A stretch of 63,525 nt of DNA, filler included, from Phoronis australis (Eukaryota > Animalia > Phoronida): NCBI GenBank assembly GCA_002633005.1. It is 12 parts of 12 records of this genome, joined end to end, with 100 filler letters (N's around TTAATTAATTAA, not from the genome) between each part and the next. Parts side by side here need not be neighbours in the genome. Positions count along the whole stretch, not along the records: positions 1 to 8,521 come from NMRA01001887.1; positions 8,622 to 12,486 come from NMRA01002803.1; positions 12,587 to 18,206 come from NMRA01002299.1; 9 more parts are not named here. One strand, 5' to 3'. Every line of letters begins with the position of its first letter. Position 1 is the first letter of the stretch. The position numbers and the translations under genes are program-made. The notes beneath the pieces are model-generated. The model made no database searches and was not told the DNA's origin. It worked only from the letters and a program-made list of their open reading frames with translations. Shown here in pieces: positions 1-12,883 of this stretch.

Positions 1-474
1 TTTTGCCCCTTTTCCGGTGACGTCACAGTGACTAAAGAGAAACTCGCAAGTGAGCTATTGATAGTGGGCTTCCAAATGATACATTGGGCGTCCTTTCTAG
101 GGCGTCCATATTAGAGCTAGGGACATACGCTGCATAAAGGCCTGTGTGGTGTCGGTTTGCACCGTGTCAGTTGTGTTTGCACACATTCTTGTACCGATGA
201 GCTGCTCCGTGTGAGCTGCCCATGTCATGTGCACCTCGTGCAAATGCGTCTGATGGAGTGAATCACCCATGTTTATTGCCCTAAATGCAACTGCAAATTG
301 ATTAATAAAACTTCTTGATGATTTATAAATAATCAGATACAATAAAATGCCCACCCTGTCAATCTAGAAGTTGAAGTGATATGCCTGTAACATGCATTGC
401 GTACTGTATGATTATCTTATCCAGGTCCCCATGAACATCAGCAAATCAGTGGTTAAAATTCTTTTGCCAGACAC

Positions 475-1428
475 ACACACCTACTACAGTAGAATCTAAA
501 AATCAGACACAAATTCTAATATTCAATAACTACATGTGACCAGGTTGTAGTATAAGGCTAGTATGCATGGATGAACTGGGGGTCATAAATTCACTCCTTT
601 TGGCAAATTTTAGGTTTCTGAAATGACCCCGACCTTTTTCGCAGAAAATGCTCAGAAACAATAACCCTTTTCACCCATTTTCGTCCTATACACGAAGACC
701 TACAAAAATCCCTTTTCTAAAAAATGGGATAAAATGCCTTCATTCACAGTAGCCAACAAAGGCATAGTTGGGTAGGATACGGAATTTGGGACCTTTTCCT
801 GGAAATCCTTTGAATTTATGTTATTTTTTTACCCTTTTCACATTAGGACCTCAAAATCACAAATAGAACATGTCGCCCTGGGAGATTAAGTGGTGGATGA
901 AAGACATTAATGCACTCAACTCTAGAACTTTGTAAAAACATTAGCCACATTTTTTCATTTTATTCTTGTACAAATATTGCTTCAGCTACATGCAAATTAA
1001 CCTACCACAAAAAATAATACGACTGACCCAAGAGGTCGAGGTATAATAGGCCGAGTTACGATTAGAAAAAAGTAAAAGAGCGGTCTAGTTTTACTCTAGG
1101 CAACACGTAGCCCCTCGGTTGGCCATTTAGGGGCTACAATACGTCCATTCGCTTTCTGTACTCATTTCGTTACATGTATTTTAAACGGGCGGTAACCCAA
1201 ATCCGGTCACCGATTTTGAGTTTTCCCCTCATCAAAAATACATTCCACACTTTCAATTAAAAAAGCGCTTACTTTCATCATTGGTCCTTTCTACATCTAT
1301 ACATACATTTATCTTCGATGAAGTTTAGTTGTGAGAATTAAGCTGATTTTGTTGAGGAATTCCAACTCCACTTTATTGGTTACCGTTAACTTTTTCACCG
1401 CACGCGAAACCACAAAGTATGTCAATGT
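475..1428 (+). repeat. Copy 1 of a ~955-bp direct repeat (copy 2 at 7563-8521)
   Basis: ACACACCTACTACAGTAG...TATGTCAATGT recurs after the scaffold gap with scattered SNPs and small indels. Confidence 0.95.
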
Positions 1429-1627
1429 TTAAGTTATGTTAATTAACTTCTTCTTGGAGAGAATTACTGGCACTACTTTCGTTATAGCCCTAGTAGCCTT
1501 GGTACAATTCTAGCTGGATGGCTATAGTCCTAGACCAGCTTGTCATATGATATGAATCTATATCAGTAAACAGTGTCAGTTCATAACAAGATATCACTTG
1601 TCATCAAATCAAGAAACTATTTGAAAC

Positions 1628-1702
1628 CACAGATGTCCTCAGCTTCTGATCGTCCCCAATACACTACATATTGGGGACGATCAGAAGCTGAGGTCGCTTG
1701 TG
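1628..1702. mobile_element. 75-bp palindromic micro-MITE (P- or hAT-type)
   Basis: Hairpin with CACAG...CTTGTG ends; 8-bp TSD TTTGAAAC at 1620-1627 and 1703-1710; same family at 36269-36356. Confidence 0.85.
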
Positions 1703-3456
1703 TTTGAAACCAGTGGTTAAATAAAATGCGGTTAAATAAAAAGTCAGTTTCTTGATCGGTACATTTTAAAAAGTTTCGTGTTCGTAAACTACACTCGGTG
1801 GGAGACAAAGGACACAATCGTACCATCTGCTTACCTCACAAATTAGAGGGCACTCATGTAAACAAAACTGTTTGACCAAGCGTCAAATCTCTGTTGTCAG
1901 TTATGACGAGTCATTCACGATCAGTCACGACGCAACAACCTGTCACTGTCAGTGTCACCTGACCGGTGATGGAACAGAAAGTTTTAAGAGCCCCAAAATA
2001 CTTACGTTAACTCACACCAATATTGTCCAAGCATTAACGAAATCTTGTGCTGTTGAAAACATACATATCTGACCCTATATTTTGCTTTTTTGGCAACGAT
2101 AAAAGACTTCCGCATGCAGAGTGACGAACATGCCAAACTTGTTGATAAAAAATGAGCATGCGCAGTTGGTTAATCATGATGCGGAAGTGTGAAAATCACA
2201 GCTGACGAACCTGCTGAAAGGTTGTGAAAGGCGTACCGATTGGGTTGTCTCTAAACTGGAACAGTTCCATTTAGCCGGGTCGCGTAAGCTGCCACCGCGA
2301 TGAATTCCTATTTCACCTATTTAAAAACTTGACTTGTTTAAACTTTAGTTCTAACTCTGTTACTCTGGGACATAAGTTATGTGTTGTTCATTGGAAGTAT
2401 TTAAAAACATAGATGATGGTCACCAGCTTTGCTCAAAGTCAAAAGCTTAATTCTTATTATGCCAACAAAAGCTTCGGATGATGAAGAAACGTTTATGGGA
2501 TCTGCCGTTTATGCAGAAAACATCAAAATGTATAATAATTATTCAATCCATTGTAATGTAGGCAGTGCGTTGCATCACAATATCTTATATGTCAATTGTC
2601 ATTTTGTGTTTGATTTTACTTTATTTCTGTTTTTGTTGACAAAGGAAGTTATTACATCTGAAAATTTCAAATTTCACTTGATCCATTCGTGTTGTTTTAT
2701 TTACCGATTTATATTCTTCATTTCATGAAACAATAGTATCCTTGGGAGGATCTGGATCGCCTTATTTAGTTTCAGATATTTTTTCTACGTTATTTAACAG
2801 TGTGCGAAATTATAAGATACTATACTCACTAGTTGCCCCCTCGAATCCTAAAATCATGACTGAGACTCCCTAGCATGCACTGTTGCCACTAATCCACGGC
2901 TACAAATATCAAATACAAACTGAAATATTTCTCCACTGCGTCAATTTGTCAAAAAACACCAGAACCAGAAATTATTTTTGACCTGGAATATTTCTTATTT
3001 AATAAATCCTGCCCTACCAAGTTAGAATGTTGCTATAAGGCAATATTTGATGCTTCATTTCAGAATTCTGAGAATCGTTGAATGTAAAACGTGCCATCGA
3101 TGCCAGATACTCGATGATATTCCTGTTAGTGCGTTAACTACCCAGACAAGGAAGAGTAATGTAAGTCAAGAGAAGGCCTTTTCTCACCAACTTTACTTTT
3201 CATCAATAATAGAAGATTGACAGTGTTGTCTGGAAAGTTAATTGTTGCTGTATAGAAGTTTTTCAAGTTTGCTAGAGAGTGTTTAGCTACAAACAATACT
3301 ACAGTTGAAGTAGTGTAACATAAAAATTAAAAATTGCCATTCTTGAGGTATTAAGTCTAGAATGGCGGATGACAATTTTTGAAGATCAATAAGCTCGGTG
3401 ATGCAGTCTTTCTGCAAACCTCACAGACTTGGATATCGCAAGTCAATCTATGATTA

Positions 3457-4280
3457 CTGTAAACGTTCGGGTTAACGCCCATGCTCACTCAGTTAACGGG
3501 CCACCCCTACTTTAGTTGTATTTTCAATTTAACCGTCCACATTTAACCCCGATTCTTGTCTTCTTTGCCGAGCATGTTTGGCGCAAGGGCAAGTGAGCAA
3601 TGCCAGGCGGTCGAGATAAAACAGCTAGCCACAGAACCATACGCTGAAAATGTCAATAGTTGAGTCATGGGGTGTCGACTATAAACATCCCAAACACAAA
3701 AAAAATCAACATCTGAATTAAGTTTTTCAAACTTTTATTACAACTGCTCTCTGACTATGAACTTGACAGCTAGTACGAGGTGACCTCTACAACGCGTGAA
3801 GCTTGCACGCGTGCACTTTAGCAAGATCACATCTTGAAATAGTAGCAATCAAAGTTGAGGCTGCGTGTCACTGGTCGTCCGCGCTCTACAGGGCAAAGTA
3901 ACAAGACTGCAGGACGGCACGGGGCTATTACTCAGCAATTCTGTAAATTTAATAGTGAATAACTAATCTGAGGGCAATAGAACCTTTGTTGGGATCATCC
4001 GCTGTTATGACATTTTTCCCCGTCATGTAGCGACGTGACGTTGAAAAATGCTACGCATTCCGAGTACATGTGTGCTGTGGGGACTTGGATCACGAGGTAC
4101 GGTTTAACCGCTCAGGGTGGTTGCCTGTCGTAATAAGCGCCCATGTTCAATTAACCGCCCACCCTGGATTTCTTCAGTTGAAATTTCGCGTTTAAGTGCC
4201 CATGTCTGGTTAACCGCCCACCCCCGATTTTATGGGTTTGCCAATTTAACCACCTAGGGCGTTAACCCAAACGTTTACGG
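3457..4280. mobile_element. Non-autonomous Tc1/mariner-superfamily (pogo/Tc2-like) MITE
   Basis: ~24-bp TIRs CTGTAAACGTTCGGGTTAACGCCC / GGGCGTTAACCCAAACGTTTACGG, TA on both sides, repeated subterminal TTAACCGCCCAC-like motifs. Confidence 0.75.
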
Positions 4281-5308
4281 TAATCTCGACGCCTAGATTG
4301 ACATGGGGTTTGGATGTTATCACGAAGCCTGTAATATTAATTTCCAAAGGTGTTGTACGTACGAACGGTGTAAGACAATCAAAGGAATTTATCCGGATCG
4401 GCCTCCATAAAATTGTCATCGAACTAGGAGGTGGCCTGATTGGCCTTTTGCTTTAGTTTAATGGCAAGTTGATCCAGACAAAGACCACGTACAGAGATAG
4501 TGTTATCATCAGCATGATTATACTGCTTACAATCATCATTGATACAAAGGAACAAATCATTGATGAAGACATTAAAAAGCACCGAAATCTAGGGGACACC
4601 CCTATTGTGTCTCATCCCACGACTAGTAGTGTTTGAGTCTCTGAAGCACTGTTTTCGGTCCATGAGGTAAGACCAAAATAGGGTACTGGCCTTAGCTGTC
4701 ATTCCATGTACTTTGGTGTGGAAGGCCTTTTCATTAAAGTTCATATTTCCAGCCCGTAATAAAATCTGTCACTGATTTTACTTGACGCGCAACACGTTCA
4801 TGTGACTGTGAAGGCCTTAAGTTTCACTTGAAACATTCACTTTTGGTAAAATTTTAAGTCGGATGCAAATTTTTGCTCTTCTAAAGAACAGAGCTTCGCA
4901 TTTGAAGTAAAGTGCCTAGAATTGTCTTTGTTTTGACTGAACTTGCGATCTTTGATAAAATGGACTCCTGTCTTCTAAAACTGTAGTAGATCCAGACTCG
5001 AGAGAAAAAAAAGCTGTTTCAAATTTTGAGTGTTTCAAAAATACTTTCTTCTTTGTAAAAATCTTCTCATTGAAAATGAACAACTGAAGTTGATTGTCCA
5101 CTTACATAACTGAACGTTACTTGGTGATAAATTTGCGAAAAAAACTGACGTAGGGTTGATAAAGTATCATATAGGTTGTCATGTTTGTTGGCGTAGAGAG
5201 TGCTGTTAAAATCTCAAGACAGAGTAATCACCAGAAGTTTCTTATAACATGCCCCAATTGCAAAATGCAATTAAAGTCAAGCATCCTGAAAATTGAGAAT
5301 GAGGAAGA

Positions 5309-5440
5309 TCTGGGCTGCATTTCATGAAGCTATTTTAACTTAGACTGAAATAACAATACTGTTGGTGCTTGTGGAACAATGCTGTTGTTGTTATGCCAAC
5401 AATCAAACTAGCGACTTCAGCTTTCATCAAACAGAGCTCG
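5309..5440. mobile_element. Degenerate MITE with GGGC..TTTCATGAA ends (related pair at ~57765-58249)
   Basis: Imperfect inverted ends CTGGGCTGCATTTCATGAAGCT / AGCTTTCATCAAACAGAGCTCGG. Confidence 0.4.
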
Positions 5441-5868
5441 GACTATATTCAGACAAACAATTACCTTAAGTTTGTTAGTTTTTTAACAAAGTTTTAAAGA
5501 GAATTGTCATGTTCACGTGCTTTAGGAAACATAATTAGGTACCTTTAACTTTCATGTGAGTATTTTATGATTTTTTAATATTTCCTGGAGTGTTGAAAGT
5601 TTAGTGCACATATGCATACATTGGGTAATTGTTCGCGCAATTGAAAAATTTCCTGGAAACTTTCGCAAAAAAGACTCATATGAACTGGTATATACTAAGC
5701 ATTAAGTTCTAAAGAAAGTAAACAAGCTTTGGCAATTCAGGAAACATAATTGCTTAAAGCAGCTGATTTATGCGTCGAATGCTTCCGTTTTAAAAATCAC
5801 TGTCTAAATGTCAAGTTCAGTGTGTTCGATTCTTCTTTTAAAGTCAACTACCCCAACTACCCATCCTT

Positions 5869-7055
5869 TCATGTTTTACGATTTTTGATCTTCATCAGCT
5901 TGGTGAAGATGTCCTGGAACGCCCCCTCTAGTTGAACTGCAGAGTAGCAGTGTACACCAGTCTCTAAAAAGGGAGACATGAAATCATTAATGAACTTTAA
6001 CTCTACGTAGAGTCTACCAATCTGATCTAGTGTCAGGTTCAGTATTAGTATCTGTAGAATCGGGATTAAATCGTCGGAGCATACTGTTGATTGGCATTTT
6101 GTGGTCTCTGGTTTAGATAGGGTGGTTGTGATGGCGCGGAGGCACCTGGTCAACATCTGCATCTTCTTCAGGGGTGTGTTCTCGTCGCCCAGGGAGGTCA
6201 GACAATGGTAGGCTGTGTCAAAGACGTGCTTGAACTTCTCCGATTGGACATTAAATTCACGTGATTTCATCAAGTTTTCAGATGCAGCAGGTTCGTCATC
6301 TGTTTTAAGCCTATCGCCGTGCACATGAACTCTATTGCCTTCTGGTAAAGCATTTGATTTGTTGCCAGAAGTGTAAAATTCATCATTACAGTTGTCATCA
6401 GTATAATTTTGATCAGAACTGTAAGAAGCAAAGCTGTCTTCAAATTCATCTTTAACGCTCTTATCGCTCCCTTGTGAAGTGTGAAATTCATCCTTGCGTT
6501 GTTCATCAGCAGAATGTTGATCGTCACTACTTATCCAAGACGCAATGGCAACTTCAGACTCCGTAGACTCATTTTCTGGTAGCTCGTCATCGTGTACATG
6601 AACGCTAGTTTCACCGTCACTGCTTACGCTATCCACGATTGGCTGGTTATCGCAGCTGTCGTCTTTGTTTGCCGCAGAAGTGACTAACAAGTTTTCAAAT
6701 TCAAATGTTTTGTGGTCAGTATGCGTAAGTGGCTTCTTTGGCTGTGTTTGGTTCATTTGGTTCTCCATCTCGATTCCACTATCCCTTCTATTTTCCAGCA
6801 TGTTCAGAATCCAGGTCTCTGTGATTTCCAACTCTTCCACAGTTAAATATCCGGCCTGTGTTTGCAGTGTTTTTGTGCAGTCTGAGTATGCAGACGTATA
6901 CAGCGAGATCAAAAACTCACTCAATTTAGCATAAAAATGAGTCTCATATGCAATACGAACTTTTATCGTAGACGACGTCTGCAGCCGATCGCCTATGATG
7001 GCACAGATTTCCTCAAGATGTTGTGATATCATGGTCTTCAGCCTATAAATTGCTT
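5869..7055 (-). CDS. VPS9-domain protein (putative Rab5-family GEF, VPS9D1-like), 5' end lost in gap
   Basis: ~395 open codons. The C-terminus has VPS9 hallmarks: TPLKKMQML, CSDDLIPIL, ELKFINDF, and GVHCYSAVQLEGA. Confidence 0.8.
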
Positions 7056-7562
7056 NNNNNNNNNNNNNNNNNNNNNNNNNNNNNNNNNNNNNNNNNNNNN
7101 NNNNNNNNNNNNNNNNNNNNNNNNNNNNNNNNNNNNNNNNNNNNNNNNNNNNNNNNNNNNNNNNNNNNNNNNNNNNNNNNNNNNNNNNNNNNNNNNNNNN
7201 NNNNNNNNNNNNNNNNNNNNNNNNNNNNNNNNNNNNNNNNNNNNNNNNNNNNNNNNNNNNNNNNNNNNNNNNNNNNNNNNNNNNNNNNNNNNNNNNNNNN
7301 NNNNNNNNNNNNNNNNNNNNNNNNNNNNNNNNNNNNNNNNNNNNNNNNNNNNNNNNNNNNNNNNNNNNNNNNNNNNNNNNNNNNNNNNNNNNNNNNNNNN
7401 NNNNNNNNNNNNNNNNNNNNNNNNNNNNNNNNNNNNNNNNNNNNNNNNNNNNNNNNNNNNNNNNNNNNNNNNNNNNNNNNNNNNNNNNNNNNNNNNNNNN
7501 NNNNNNNNNNNNNNNNNNNNNNNNNNNNNNNNNNNNNNNNNNNNNNNNNNNNNNNNNNNNNN

Positions 7563-8521
7563 ACACACCTACTACAGTAGAATCTAAAAATCAGACACAA
7601 ATTCTAATATTCAATAACTACATGTGACCAGGTTGTAGTATAAGGCTAGTATGCATGGATGAACTGGGGGTCATAAATTCACTCCTTTTGGCAAATTTTA
7701 GGTTTCTGAAATGACCCCGACCTTTTTCGCAGAAAATGCTCAGAAACAATAACCCTTTTCACCCATTTTTGTCCTATACACGAAGACCTACAAAAATCCC
7801 TTTTCTAAAAAATGGGATAAAATGATGCCTTCATTCACAGTAGCCAACAAAGGCATAGTTGGGTAGGATACGGAATTTGGGACCTTTTCCTGGAAATCCT
7901 TTGAATTTATGTTATTTTTTTACCCTTTTCACATTAGGACCTCAAAATCACTAATAGAACATGTCGCCCTGGGAGATTAAGTGGTGGATGAAAGACATGA
8001 AGGCACTCAACTCTAGAACTTTGTAAAAACATTCGCCACATTTTTTCATTTTAGCCTTGTACAAATATTGCTTCAGCTACATGCAAAGTAACCTACCACA
8101 AAAAATAATACGACTGACCCAAGAGGTCGAGGTATAATAGGCCGAGTTACGATTAGAAAAAAGTAAAAGAGCGATCTAAGTTTTACTCTAGGCAACACGT
8201 AGCCCCTCGGTTGGCCATTTAGTGGCTACAATACGTCCATTCGCTTTCTGTACTCATTTCGTTACATGTATTTTAAACGGGCGGTAACCCAAATCCGGTC
8301 ACCGATTTTGAGTTTTCCCCTCATCAAAAATAAATTCCACACTTTCAATTAAAAAAGCGCTTACTTTCATCATTGGTCCTTTCTACATCTATATATACAT
8401 TTATCTTCGATGAAGTTTAGTTGTGAGAATTCAGCTGATTTTGTCGAGGAATTCCAACTCCACTTTATTGGTTACCGTTAACTTTTTCACTGCACGCGAT
8501 AACCATACAGTATGTCAATGT
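7563..8521 (+). repeat. Copy 2 of the ~955-bp direct repeat
   Basis: Near-identical to 475-1428, offset about 7088 nt. Confidence 0.95.
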
Positions 8522-8621
8522 NNNNNNNNNNNNNNNNNNNNNNNNNNNNNNNNNNNNNNNNNNNNTTAATTAATTAANNNNNNNNNNNNNNNNNNNNNNN
8601 NNNNNNNNNNNNNNNNNNNNN
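8522..8621. other. Artificial contig linker (first of 11)
   Basis: 44N-TTAATTAATTAA-44N, with stops in all six frames; identical linkers start at 12487, 18207, 21844, 28630, 40759, 46691, 52487, 54815, 57442 and 61861. Confidence 0.98.
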
Positions 8622-9991
8622 GTATAAGAGAGAAAATTCAAGAGAAAAGGCTGTCCAGGACATTGAAGTTGAGGTCTTCGCTTTCGCAGCACAGATCGTC
8701 TAAATGCACTTGGAAACGTGCATGTAATGATTCATGCATATATTTCGAAAAATCTAGAAAATTTGTACAGGGAAGCTTTTGCGGAGCGTATTAATTTACT
8801 GGATTTTTAAATTCAGTAAGTCAATTTTGCGACTGAAAAAACATATTTTTCCAGGGCCACTCTCTGGCAAGGGATAACGGAGACCGGCAACTGTCGCTTT
8901 TTTCTCGAATTGTATATCACTTGAGAAAAATTGATGACCTGACAGATATCATGAATTGCTACACATTTCTCGATTTTTGAAAATATAGATATTTTCACAT
9001 TGAGGGGCCCCATCCTTGAAGGAGGCCATTGATGAGATTCAAGTGCCCACAATTTTTTATGTTTTTATTGACAAATTCTTAAGGGTCCGCTCACGGAGAG
9101 AGGGTCCAATGTTGGACTCGATTATGTCTTTTCTCTAGTTTTTTTGTGAAATCGTGCAACCGACTTTCATGTTTAAGAAGGTCACTTTCTGCACCGTCTT
9201 GTGACCACACGACGGTGGAAAGAACTGTCACTCTTTTCCAAGCTTAAAGATGTTTAGCTTTCCATAATTAAAGCGCCCCACTTCAGACGGGACCCTCTCT
9301 CGGAGGAACAGTTCGGGAAAATGTCCCTTTGTCCCGCTATACATGTAAATCCGACACTGACAAGTATTCACGAAGGAAGTTGTCATTCCAAATTCATCAA
9401 CAAAAACACAAAACATTGGTGCATAGCACAGCAATATCGAAACATTTGACCCAAACAACCAAAAAATGTGAAAAAATAAAATAGGATTGACCGCCATCGA
9501 AAGGGAGTCAAGAATTTTTAAGAACGTGAAGACCGCTGTTTGTTAATTATACAAAAGGACTTACTCTAATTCCGATGGTTAGTTATAGAATAATATTACT
9601 GTTTCCTATAGTATCGCAAGAATAGTATCTTTTTTGAAGATGGTTACTATGAGTTGTTTGTAAGGAATTCCCACACGTGGAAAACACTGCTGTCGAGGCT
9701 ACCATTGGGGTGACCGTGTACATGTTAAACGAGTGTACCCAAATACTTGTAATAATAAACAAATTAAACAAATATTTCAACGTTTTTTTAGGTCAAGTTA
9801 AACTCGTGAATCGTTTTAGGTACCTCCACGGAAATGAGCAAAAATACACCTTACTGTGAATGCCTAATCTCCCATTTCCCCCGGTTATCCATCAAAAATC
9901 TGCAAGCATGTCTGCGGAAATTGCTTTTTACATTCTGTTTTGATCAACAAATTCGTTGGTTTCTGATTTACGTGTTTATGTATCTACGAAA

Positions 9992-10536
9992 ACCGACAGG
10001 TAAATAGGTGATTTTTGGCAATTAGAAGCTAATCTTTTAAGAAATGATGACGATTCAGGTAATTTAGATGGAGCCACGGAAACTGAATTTGAACTCCAGA
10101 TGTTGAAGTGTGTACATTTTTGGGACATACTCTGTATTATCTCCCCAGCGACCAGAAACTGGACTACCGGTTGTGTTTCATCAAGGGATTCTGAAACGGC
10201 CACAAAGGCACTCATACCAGGCACCTCGGGACCTCACCTTTCCAAAAATTACTTCAAAGAATGNACCGACAGGTAAATAGGTGATTTTTGGCAATTAGAA
10301 GCTAATCTTTTAAGAAATGATGACGATTCAGGTAATTTAGTTGGAGCCACGGAAACTGAATTTGAACTCCAGATGTTCAAGTATGTACATTTTTGGGACA
10401 TACTCTGTATCATCTCCCCAGCGACCAGAAACTGGACTACCGGTTGTGTTTCATCAAGGGATTCTGAAACGGCCACAAAGGCACTCATACCAGGCACCTC
10501 GGGACCTCACCTTTCCAAAAATTACTTCAAAGAATG
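9992..10536 (+). repeat. 272-bp tandem duplicate split by a single N, probably two alleles
   Basis: 9992-10263 and 10265-10536 differ at about 4 positions; N at 10264. Confidence 0.85.
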
Positions 10537-11567
10537 ACCATAATAAAATGACGTTTTCCCGAAACTGGATCATAATAAAACGAGCCTTGTCCTTCGACCA
10601 AGAGCAGAGGAATAGGTACGAATCCAGCTATAGTTACTTCAGGCAGCTCCCAGCTACCCGCCAGTTAGTCTCCTGCACAGACCCGTGACGTCAGCTTGCG
10701 AGGCCCGGGAACCAGGTTACCCGTCAGTGCGCTCGGGCCCTAGACCCATTCTTAGGCTCTCCATGAAACTTTGTTGGTTCCCGGTTACTTCGGTATTACC
10801 CGCACCTATGGCGGACGTGGGGGGGGTTCGGTACAAATATGGTCCGTGAAATCCCGCAGAACGGGGGGACGATGGCAAGGGCGAGGTCAAATTGGTGTGC
10901 CCCCCAATAATTTTTTCCTTCTTCCGGGCCTGAGGATACAGTAACAAAAGCAAATGAAATGACGTGAAACTATCTGTCTAGAATAAAGCAGCTAGCTAAT
11001 TGTCTTCAAAGTTGTACAACAAATTGTTTTGAATAAATGTATGAATTGGCAAGCAGCATTAGGTAACTGCATAGCCCACTAGCTACAAAATATTACTTTT
11101 CTGAAAAAACATGCACACTAAGTTCTTTAAGATTACGCCAAACTCTAGAAAAACTGCCTAATTTGGGTAACTTCGGAACATCGTGTCTCAGAATTGGCTG
11201 ATGGGCTTTCAAATATTGCGTTTTTGCACTGTTCTCCAAAACTCGGTTAGACATTGTTTTTATAATGCTCCATTTTGTGTAAGAAGCTATCAAAAATTAG
11301 AACTTTTGTGTTTCTATGAAAATATTAAAAGTTGGACAAAACAAAAACGAAGCGGCGATAATTCAAAAAAATGTATCAGAGTTTTGAGATTTTATAGTGA
11401 ACAATTAAATAAAAAAATGTCCTAATTGTATTGAAACCGTTGTTTAGCTATGAAAGGTACTGATAGACTTCCAGAAATGTGACAATAAATGCAAACCTGG
11501 TGATTGCCGATAACAGCTGAATTGACTGCCTGCAACTAGTACTCCTTCTGTCCGAGAATTCTGCGTA

Positions 11568-11768
11568 CTACTCATAGTGCTGTTTGTTGGCAATCAGTTC
11601 AAAGGCTTTCTCAATGTAAACATACACCTGGCAAAAGGCACTGTATCGCGCTGCCCATCTTGTTTTACAAGAGTCTATTAATGGCTTCTTGTTGCCGTCG
11701 GAGGCGTTGGACTGATTCACAATTGTTGAAAGCAAATTTGCACTTTTGGGGATTTCAGGGCGAAACAT
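11568..11768 (-). pseudogene. hAT transposase fragment
   Basis: LIDSCKTRWAARYSAF matches the hAT LxxLCxTRWxxR motif. Confidence 0.7.
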
Positions 11769-12612
11769 CTGATTGCTGTGTATCGGATCAATGTGTACAT
11801 ACTGGGCTCATATAAAGCGCATGCCCACAGTTTACCGAACTACAAATTCTACTCATCATTATTGCAAGTACCATCAAAAAGGCGATTTATCACAAAACAT
11901 GGTCCAACATAGTGACAACTGAACTCAAGCCATTCGGATGTTACCTGAGTTCTATAATCTCATATTTATAACATAACGGTCTCGATAATAAATTGGAACT
12001 GTCTGTCTTAACACCAGGGACACTGCCATAGAGGAGGTATGTGGCCTGCCTCGTTGGACATTTTCACGTCAAGTTTCCCCAAGAAAAGATGCCTTATCAG
12101 ACACAATTCGCTAAATAATCTTCATTTTGGAAGTTCGAAACTCAGCAAAAGGCTCCTCGAGTCTTCTAGTGACACAACTCTACATTGAGGAGAGATTTTA
12201 ATGATTTCTATTTTTAAAACTTTGTCTGCAAAAGTTGTACTCATTTTTAAACATGGTATATCCACTTGTACTGTCCAAGAATACCTGCACAAGGGTTAGA
12301 TCACTGCTACGAAAGTGTGGCAGTGTTTCTTTGTTCAGTGGAAATATCGCATTTTATTACGACTACTACTCTTATTGTTGCAGACCAGCATGTCGGGGTC
12401 TGAGGTGCTCATGGGGTATTATGTAGATTGACTCGCGAAAGAACGAATTGCAAGATTCAACTTAGGCTGACCAATTTGTGTTTTCCNNNNNNNNNNNNNN
12501 NNNNNNNNNNNNNNNNNNNNNNNNNNNNNNTTAATTAATTAANNNNNNNNNNNNNNNNNNNNNNNNNNNNNNNNNNNNNNNNNNNNCAAAAATGTGTTCC
12601 AATCTTCCCTCT

Positions 12613-12628
12613 GGGAAGGTATATATAC
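12613..12628 (+). promoter_or_regulatory. Archaeal BRE/TATA promoter of the rRNA operon
   Basis: Purine-rich GGGAAGG followed by TATATATA, about 260 nt upstream of 16S. Confidence 0.6.
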
Positions 12629-12726
12629 GATGGAATGTATCCTGAGAATCCCGCACAACGTGCGTGGAAATCAATCACCTCCACAATCATAATCATTGGT
12701 GGAGACCGGAGCTTTTCCGGTCTGAC

Positions 12727-12762
12727 GTTAGAAGTGGCAGTTCGGTTAATTCTGACTGATAG
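12727..12762 (+). other. 5' arm of the pre-16S processing stem (bulge-helix-bulge with 14391-14426)
   Basis: GTTAGAAGTGGCAGTT-CGGT-TAA-TTCTGACTGATAG pairs with CTATCAGTCAGAA-ATCG-ATA-AACTGCCACTTTTAAC, giving 3-4-3 geometry. Confidence 0.9.
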
Positions 12763-12883
12763 TGACTTTATCTATCAAGAATTAACCAAACATTGTGCAA
12801 AGAAAACAACTCTCTAATTAAACAAAGAGTTCTTTTCCGACAATTCTTAGTTAACTTCCAAATTTTGTGTGCTTTAACAAATA

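Noticed and set aside
2200-2235. Hammerhead ribozyme (CTGACGA...GAAA)
   Set aside because: Extra bases lie between stem II and GAAA, and no stems I or III could be formed.
7023-7600. Long X-filled ORFs here and at 34218-35307
   Set aside because: They arise from translating through N gaps; only the flanking real sequence was interpreted.
8566-8577. TTAATTAATTAA as a recurring biological motif
   Set aside because: It is always centred in exactly 44 N on each side, so it is an assembly spacer.
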